Source: Paraspadella gotoi
Taxonomy: Eukaryota; Animalia; Chaetognatha
Reading direction: 5' to 3'
DNA: 30,679 nucleotides
NCBI GenBank assembly: GCA_051294375.1
Contig: CM119267.1
Span: forward strand, 21,793,342 to 21,824,020
This document shows, piece after piece, positions 22,853 to 30,679 of this stretch. A program made the translations under genes and the position numbers. A model generated the notes under the pieces. The model was given only the letters and a program-made list of their open reading frames with translations. It was not told the DNA's origin and did not search any database. The first letter of the stretch is position 1. Each line of letters starts with the position of its first letter.

Positions 22853-23690
22853 AACAAAAAAAAAAAAAAACTGTAATTTGTCTTTTAAACGTTAATGTCT
22901 TTTCGGTTTTTATTGCAATTTCTTACAAAGTTTAAGTTTTTCGCCCAGTCCTTTTTTTAAAAAAAATGTAATTTGCCGGTCTATTATTCTACTTATGTTT
23001 TTTTTATTTTTTTTTAAATTTTATTCTGTCCGAATTTGTTTATTTACCGACTTATAATTAATGGAATATCGAATCTTTGTTTCCAAAAAAATTCTAATGA
23101 AACCAATAAATTACTCCTCGATCATAATAGATGAATGGATTTACTCTCGCCATAAATTTCATAAAGATAATGGATTTTTAAACTGCCATAATAATTAGAC
23201 TTTTTTGCCCTGTCACTTTTCTGGTTAAAAATATTCAGAAGATCCCCCCCTCGGTTTGTTAGATTTTGACACACGTGTGCCCGCGCCTTGATAAATCGGC
23301 AAAAAAATCGGTATTGATCACATAACATTTCAAGATTATTCCTGATCATATGTAATTATTTCTATTATTTTATAAACACTTGACTAAAATACCTTGCTTT
23401 TTTAAATAGTTTTATATTTAAAAAAAGAGGAGCCGACGAAGGCGAGGACAATAGAGAGATCGAGGCTTCTTGATTGACCGACATCAAAATGGAAATATAA
23501 ATGAAATGAATTAAAAAAATAGAAATGAAATAGACAATGAATCAAACTGTTGCGAGGCGAGCGAAGAAACTTTGAAAACCGATTTAATCCAGACGTCGAT
23601 ACAAGTTAATGTCTCGCCTACGTATTTATTTAATATTCACATTTCATTTTAATTATGATTATTCCTTTGGAGAGAGAGAGAGAAGGAGAG

Positions 23691-23753
<63 letters not shown>

Positions 23754-23902
23754 AGCAGTGTTTTACTCCTTCTTCATTGTCAATCAGAAATATGATAATC
23801 GTTGCCTGTAACCATCAATAATCTTTATCAATATCATAAGTATTATTATTATTAATATTATTTATTAATATTACTATTATTATTAAATATTATTATCTAT
23901 TA

Positions 23903-23933
<31 letters not shown>

Positions 23934-24025
23934 TTATTCATTAATATTATTATATCATTATTATTCATTATTATCCACCGTCGAACCCAAAAAAAATAAC
24001 TCCCGGCAGCATCTTCCTTACTCAC

Positions 24026-24120
24026 CAATAGAAAGGAGATCTCGTTCCGGAATTCCCGCGGAAAATTCGCCGCCCAGGTCACGTGACTTCCGTTTTCGGC
24101 TAAATCGGCCGCCGCGACAT
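24026..24120 (-). CDS. bves: Second, indel-rich copy of the 3393-3480 exon
   Basis: Same splice sites; DVAAADLAENGSHVTWA intact, 3' half disrupted by insertions. Confidence 0.5.
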
Positions 24121-27100
24121 CTGGCGGAGAAGGAAAAAAAAGCGAGGGGTAAGGAAAAACAAATGTCAACGGTCGCACGAAGACCGGAGAAAGGGGAGCA
24201 GGAACAGAGAGGGGGGACTGGGGGGGTGGAGGAGTGAGGAGAGGGAGATGGCGTGGGAGATGCCCATCTGAGCAGATGCATAGCAATGATCCTTCTTTTT
24301 TTTTCGTCTTCTGTTTTCTTTTCTTATTTCCTATGGCCTTTTCTCTTCTCTGAATACCGCTGCTTCCGTCTCTGGATTTCTGTTCAGTTTCCTATTTCTG
24401 CGTCTTTTGAAAACTATTTAAAACATTGCATCTTTAAAGGGAGATCTGAATTTGACAGTGAGATTGCAAGAGATATTCTGTCTCTTTTTTTTTCTTTCTT
24501 CTATCGTCGACACATGGGTAACTTCCCCTTGTACAAACTCTCTTATCTTTCTTTCCCTTGTTCTCATCGCCTCGGTTCCCCCATCTCGTGTTAACCAAAA
24601 CAAAAAAAAGAGAGACAAAAATAGAACTGAAATAGAGTTATTTTTTACCCTTTCCTCCTCTATTCTTTTCCTTTCCTCCTCCGCTTCTCCCTCTCTTCCC
24701 GTCCCCCCGACTCTCTTCTCCCCCTTCTTTCTCCCAAACCTTCTCCTAAACTTCCCTATTTTTTTTTTTCCCTTAATCCTTTCTTTTCTTGTTCTCCTTT
24801 TCTTTATTGCCTTTTTCTTTTTCTTCGCTTTATTTTCGCTTTCCCTTTTCGTACCTTTAACCCTGTTGTGCTCGAATTTCCTCCTTCTCTATTTCTCTTC
24901 CCTTCAAGCCGCTTTTCCTGTGCCCTTCCTTTCTTACTTTCCCTTGCTTTTCCCTTTCACCCTTCCTCTCCCTTTCCCTTCGCCTTTCTTTTCCCCTTCC
25001 TCCTTTCCTTTCCTTTCCTTTCTAATCCCTTCCTTTTTCTTTCACCTTGCTCTCTCCCCAAACATCACTTCCTTCCTTCCGACTTTTCCCTCCTTTTTTC
25101 CTCTTCCTCTTTTTCTTTTCCATTTCCTTTCCCTACCCTCTCCTCCTCCCGCCCACATCCTTAGGCCCAAACCCTCACAACACACAACAGCGCCTCGGCC
25201 TAGATTCGACTCCCCTTTTTCGCCCCGCGAGGGCTGAATTATCAAAGAGAAAAGTCGCGACGAGGATGCGGAAACCACGAAATGCGGAGAAGCCCTAGCC
25301 GACCGCTGCAGACCGCTGCGGTTTTGACAGCGGCGCCTGCCCAGCTGCTGAGTGCTGAGGCGTTGTTAAAGTTGGTTGTGACGTGGAGACAGAATGCTAA
25401 TACGCTTCGATTCGAAAACCAGTAGAAATCAAATCGAGTCAAGATGGAGAAAGTGATCGTTTGGTTCGGATAGAAATTCATGTATAAATTGCATTCGAAT
25501 GATTTTCAAATTCTTTAAAATGACAAAGTTTGTTCAAGATGATTGTCTTTCTTATATTAAAATTCACGTTGTTTTGTCTTCTCTTTTTCCTTCTCTTTTA
25601 ATTTTATTTTCTTCTAGCTTTCTTCAAGCTTTCTTTTCCTTTCCTTTCCTTTCCTTTTTCCTCTTTCCTTTCCTTTTCTTTTTCTCTATCTTTATCCTTT
25701 CCTTTCCTTTCATATCTTTCCTTTCCTTTCTCTATTCTTTTTCCCTTTTTTCTTCTCTTTTCCTTGCCTTTCATTTCTCCTCTTTATTTTCTTCCGCCTA
25801 CCAACTATGTTTGTTCTCCATTTCTCTTTTTTTCCTTCGTTTCGTCTGGCATCTGGCGTCCCGACGATTTGAGAGAGCGAGAGAGAGGAGGAGAGCGTTC
25901 TGAGAGAGCAGGCAGATGAGCACGCAAGAGGAGAGACGACCCTGAGAGAGGAAGAGGAGAGTGTACAGAGAGAGAAGGATGAGAGAGGAGAGATGAGGAA
26001 CGCGAATGCGACATCTGGCTTACATTTTTTCCGTCTAGGGAAAAGTTCTAACGTTAAGGCTCAAAGATTTTGATAAACTGGATAAGATAATTTTTACATT
26101 TCTTCTTTATATTACGTTTATTATTTTTTTTGTTGCTTGCATATCCTTTGCACTGTAGTAATTTCTATTATACGTTTATACATGTGCCCACTAGTCAATT
26201 TTATTACATTTTGAACGGCCCCCCTTTTTGTCATTATTAGATACATTTGTTCTCCTGTTTTTAATGTTCCTTATTCTTATATCATGTTTTTTTCTTTTTT
26301 CGCTAAATGCGTTTTTTCACTTTTATTAATATTTTTCGTCCGCCGTTTATTCTTTTCCGACTTTTCCTACTCTCGTCTCTCTTTCGTCTTTTTTAATTTT
26401 TTGATTTGCTTAGATTTCTTATTTCGTTTCTCTTACTTTTTCTTTACACTCGGCTCTTTTGTTAGATTAATGTTTTCCTTAAATATAATATTTGCTGATT
26501 AAATTTTTTTTAAAATATTTTTATTTATCTTTGTTTCGTCTCTACTGTTTTTTAGCCAGTAATTTCTTTTTATCTTTTCATGTCTTTCATTTTCTCTCGT
26601 TTTTAATTTTTTTTCCGTTGAACTATTTTTTTCTTTCGTCTCTTTCACATTCGCAGAATTCTTATCTATTTCATATCACTTCCTTCTTTCTTTCTTTCCG
26701 TTCTTTCCTTTCTTCCTCTTGATTCTTCATCCCCTCCAAGGTCGTTCAAGGTCGAAACCAATTTCTCTCTCTCTCTCTCTCTCTCTTCTGCTCTCTCTCT
26801 TCTGCTTCTCTCTCTCCTCTCGCGATCTCTCGCGCTCCTCTGCTCTACATTCTCGCTGTCAATCTCTTCTTCTTTTCTCTTTATTTCCCGTGCATTTCAG
26901 TATGTTGTTTTCTGTCGCAGAAGGAACGAAAGCCAACGTACGACGAACGACGGCATCATCTAACGACGACGACAAAGACGGGAGACGCACAATCGACGGC
27001 GCGACTTTGCATGGAGATTCCACAGGAATTGGCTTCTTTGTGGTGCGAGAGAAGAGGGGGAATGGGAAAAAGGGAGAAAAGGGGAAAGGGAGAAATGGGT

Positions 27101-28121
27101 AAAAAGGGAGAAAGAGGAAAAGGGGAAAATGGGGAAAAGGGGAAAAGAGGGAAAAGGGGGAAAAGGAGAAAGGGGAAGGGAAGAAATGGGTGAAAAGGGG
27201 AAATAAGGGGAAAAGGGAGAAACGCGCGCGAGCCACGGGAGAAAAGGGAAAAAGGGAGAAAAGGGAAAAGGGAAAACAAAGGGGAAACACGCTAGAGAAA
27301 GGGAAAAAGGAGAAATTGAAAAGGAGAAATGGGGAAAAGAGGGAAAAAGGGAGAAAAAGGGGAAAAGGCGGAAAAAAAAGAGAAAAGGGGGAAGGGAGAA
27401 AAAATGGGAAAAGGGAGAAAGGGGAAAAAGGGAGACATGGGAAAGGGGAGAAAAGGCGGAAAAGGGAGAAATGGGATAATAACGGAAAAGGGAAAAAAGG
27501 GGAAAAAGGGGACAGGGGAAAAGGGGGAATGGGAAAAGGGAGAACGCGGCGAAACACCAGAGAGAAACTGGGAAAAGGGAGAAAGAGGAGGGGAAAAAGG
27601 GAAAAGAGGGAAAATGGAAATGGGAAAATGGAAAAAGGGAAAAGGAGAAAGGGGATAAAAAAAAAAGGGAAAACGGGAGAAAGGGGAATAGGGAGAAAAG
27701 GGGAAAAACAGCGGGAAAAGGGGATAAAATGGAAAAGAGGGAAATGGGGAAAAGGGGAAAAGCTGAAAGGGAATGGAAAATGAAAAATGAAAATGGGAAT
27801 GGGAAAAAAAATGGGAAAAATGGGAATGGAAAATGGGAAAAATGGGAAATGGGAAAATGGGAAAAAGGGGAAAGGAGGAAAAGGAAAGGGGAAAGGGGAA
27901 ACGGGAAAAGGGAATGGCGCAATAAAGCGAAAAAAAAGGGAAAAACGGGGGAGAATGGATAAGGGGAAAAGCACAATGGGATTGTGCGGTGTTAAGGTTG
28001 AGACGAATGGGTGGATTTTGAATTCTTTTTGCCACGAGAATACAGAGAGAAAAATGTTTGTTTTATTTTCCTATGATTCGACTTTTCTCTTCTCGATGTC
28101 CGTTGAGAGAGGGGAGGGGAG

Positions 28122-28181
<60 letters not shown>

Positions 28182-28526
28182 AAGAGAGAGAGAGAAGAGA
28201 GGAGAGAAGAGAGAAGGGAATGTATTGGAATAAGGATGTGAGATGAAGTAAAGAATTTGTGGATTAGGCTTTGTCGGTAGCGTCTCACAGGTTGGTGAAA
28301 CATCACAAACGGTGAGTGATATGGAAATATTGAAGAACTGGGTGAGAAAATGAGTCAAGAAGAGAAGAGATGAGAAAGGTAAGTGATGGAGGCTGGAATG
28401 GTAAGGTTTAACTTTCAGAAGAATTAAACCCTTAAATGTTTTAAGTTTTATTGTATTGGTTCGTTTCGGTCATAGTCCCGTTCTTTGTGAGGAGAGAGAG
28501 AGAGAGAAGAGAGAGGAGAGGAGGAG

Positions 28527-28558
<32 letters not shown>

Positions 28559-28561
28559 AAT

Positions 28562-28592
<31 letters not shown>

Positions 28593-28999
28593 TCTGACAA
28601 GGTGAATTTTTAAATTCGCTTCAAACGACTCACAACAAAGATTTTACACTTTCTCTCTCCTATTCGTTTCCCTTTCTGCCTTTGTCTAACTTTTTGGTTC
28701 TTTGGATTTCACGACATAATTTGAGCAACTTTCTCACTTTTTTTTAATATTTTTAGGAAAACTCAAAAAAATAAAGTTTTTTCCCCTCGCGATTCTGAAA
28801 CAGAACAGAATTGGAGAATTCTTTGCCGATGTTACTAAATTCACAATCGTGAACAATTAACAAGTTAGTCTAAATCGACCGTTCAATCTTTTCTTTTCAT
28901 AATACATGTTGGCCTCATTTGTTTTGATATTTCAATAAACTTTATTTGAATCATCGTCATTGTCAGCTTATTCGTCGTCGTCTTGTTTCGTTCTTGTTT

Positions 29000-29030
<31 letters not shown>

Positions 29031-29256
29031 TTTGGTCGTCATTGGNNNNNNNNNNNNNNNNNNNNNNNNNNNNNNNNNNNNNNNNNNNNNNNNNNNNNNN
29101 NNNNNNNNNNNNNNNNNNNNNNNNNNNNNNNNNNNNNNNNNNNNNNNNNNNNNNNNNNNNNNNNNNNNNNNNNNNNNNNNNNNNNNNNNNNNNNNNNNNN
29201 NNNNNNNNNNNNNNNNNNNNNNNNNNNNNNNNNNNNNNNNNNNNNNNNNNNNNNNN

Positions 29257-29302
29257 GGTTTGGTTTGGTTTGGTTTGGTTTGGATTCTGGTCTGGTCTGG
29301 TC
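29257..29302. repeat. (GGTTT)n/(GGTCT)n array bordering a 211-N gap
   Basis: ggtttggtttggtttggtttggtttggattctggtctggtctggtc directly after Ns at 29046-29256. Confidence 0.9.
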
Positions 29303-29310
29303 TTCGTCCT

Positions 29311-30147
29311 CTAACTTGGATGGTCTGGTCTCAGCCCAGATGCGACCTCCAGGATTTGAAAGTCGATGAAAACCAAGAAGGAAAGACCATCTGTCAAGAG
29401 AAGCAACATCATCTGTCAAGGCTTTCGACTGGATCATCTTTCAAGACGCCAGGACTTATTTCAACGACTTACTGTCAGCAAATGCTTGGGTCGCAGCTAC
29501 ATGAAAATAATGTTAATGAATTACAAATTTAATAAATTAATGACAGCCTGACTTTTGCCGCCTTCTAGTTTTAAATGCATTTCCGATGGATTTTCCGTGT
29601 ACTTGTAGTCGGGTATTGCAATATTTGGGCCATTAGGTACCGTGTACCGTGTACCTACCCTGCTGGAAGCGTGAGGACCGCCGTAACCCGCGTAGAAAAC
29701 TCTCGAGCCTGGTTCCAAGCCAAGCACCCGTTCCATGGCTGCTAGAGGGGGTTAAAGAAGTTACGGATTGCACTCTTCAGCCCACCTAGCGCCTTATCCA
29801 CAAACTCTCTCTTACAACGTCTGTCGTTTCAATGTCTTCAGACATTGTCTCCTCAATATTATCTACCATCCATCGTTCTACGACTTTGCCATCTTCCAAG
29901 ACCACCCACCGCCTAATATCTCCCGCCCCCTATCGTCTTTCGACAAAGTTCGTCGCACTTAAATAAATGAAGAAAGGAAACGAAAGAGCAACGGCCAGAG
30001 TCGTGAGCAGAAGATGCGATCGCGAGAAAAGGGATTTCCGTGAGATTAAGCAAAGGGAGACGGAATGTCGTTGAACCAAGAGAGAGAGGACATTGATGCA
30101 GAGTTGATGCATCGAGATTGGGCGTTGTCGATGTTGGAGGACGAAAT
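29311..30147 (-). CDS. Inverted copy of the probable BTB-domain gene, with independent indels
   Basis: Reverse complement of ~8150-9008; supplies MERVLGLE, WVVLEDGKVVERWMVDNIEE and MIQSKALTDDVASLDRWSFLLGF in single frames. Confidence 0.4.
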
Positions 30148-30679
30148 GAAAAAAAATGGCGAAGAATTCAAGATGAATCGATTTATTGAAAACGGAAAAG
30201 CTAATGGAATCGATTTAGCGAATTAGAAATTTTGAGAGAGAGAGAGGGAAATTTGGTTTACATATTATACTACTGAGAGAGAATTCAAAATTAGCTATAA
30301 TTAACAGGCGATAAGAGAGCGAAATGATTTATTATTAAGCATTGGCATTTCTAAGGCATGAGATCGGCGATTTTATTTTTTCTCTTACAAAATAATAATT
30401 AGGATCTCTACTGTATTTTTTCGTAGTTTTTTTTTTTTTTTTTTTTTTTTTTGCAATAAGAGGGTTTTTTTTATCTTTCTTTCCCTTTTCCTTCCTTTGT
30501 TCTACTATCTATTTCCTTTATTTTTTTCTTTTCCTTATTTTTTGCCCTTTTTTATTTTGTCCTTATCGTTTCTCGTCTCTTTTCAATCGCGATAAAAAGA
30601 TCAACTGAGTCGATGCTGAATTCATCAGTGTCCAACAGTCCGTCCATCTGTCCATCTGTTGATCTGTCGATCTCGACGA

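Larger units (their letters stand above)
26790..30679 (-). repeat. Long inverted copy of block B (corresponds to ~11175 down to ~7608)
   Basis: Reverse-complement match throughout; ~27540-28110 yields the same translations as ~9960-10540 and ~15410-15985. Confidence 0.95.

Overview
Eukaryotic (invertebrate animal, probably arthropod) genomic DNA dominated by (AG)n, (ATT)n, (CCTTT)n and degenerate GGGAAA/TTTCCC tracts. Nearly all ORFs in the supplied track are low-complexity artefacts. The window is built from three blocks: A (1-6033, repeated at 20260-~26790), B (6034-11175, repeated in tandem at 11486-16392 and inverted at 11201-11485, 16418-17050 and ~26790-30679) and a single-copy block C (17076-20259). 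The 25-N gaps, exactly re-used segments and indel-rich copies point to long-read gap-filling around a mis-oriented contig; the likely true order is C-A-reverse(B). Two spliced genes that the ORF track misses are hidden by introns and single-base indels. The first is a minus-strand Popeye-domain (bves/POPDC) gene with four recognisable 5' exons. The second is a probable compact, intron-containing BTB/POZ-domain gene inside block B. Also present are a tRNA-Lys(CTT)-derived pseudogene in a Popeye intron, a MITE-like element with degenerate TTAGG(G) repeats, and a CpG/YY1-motif-rich candidate promoter containing an AT-rich hairpin. I find no convincing novel biological system; the most useful results are the hidden genes and the assembly diagnosis.
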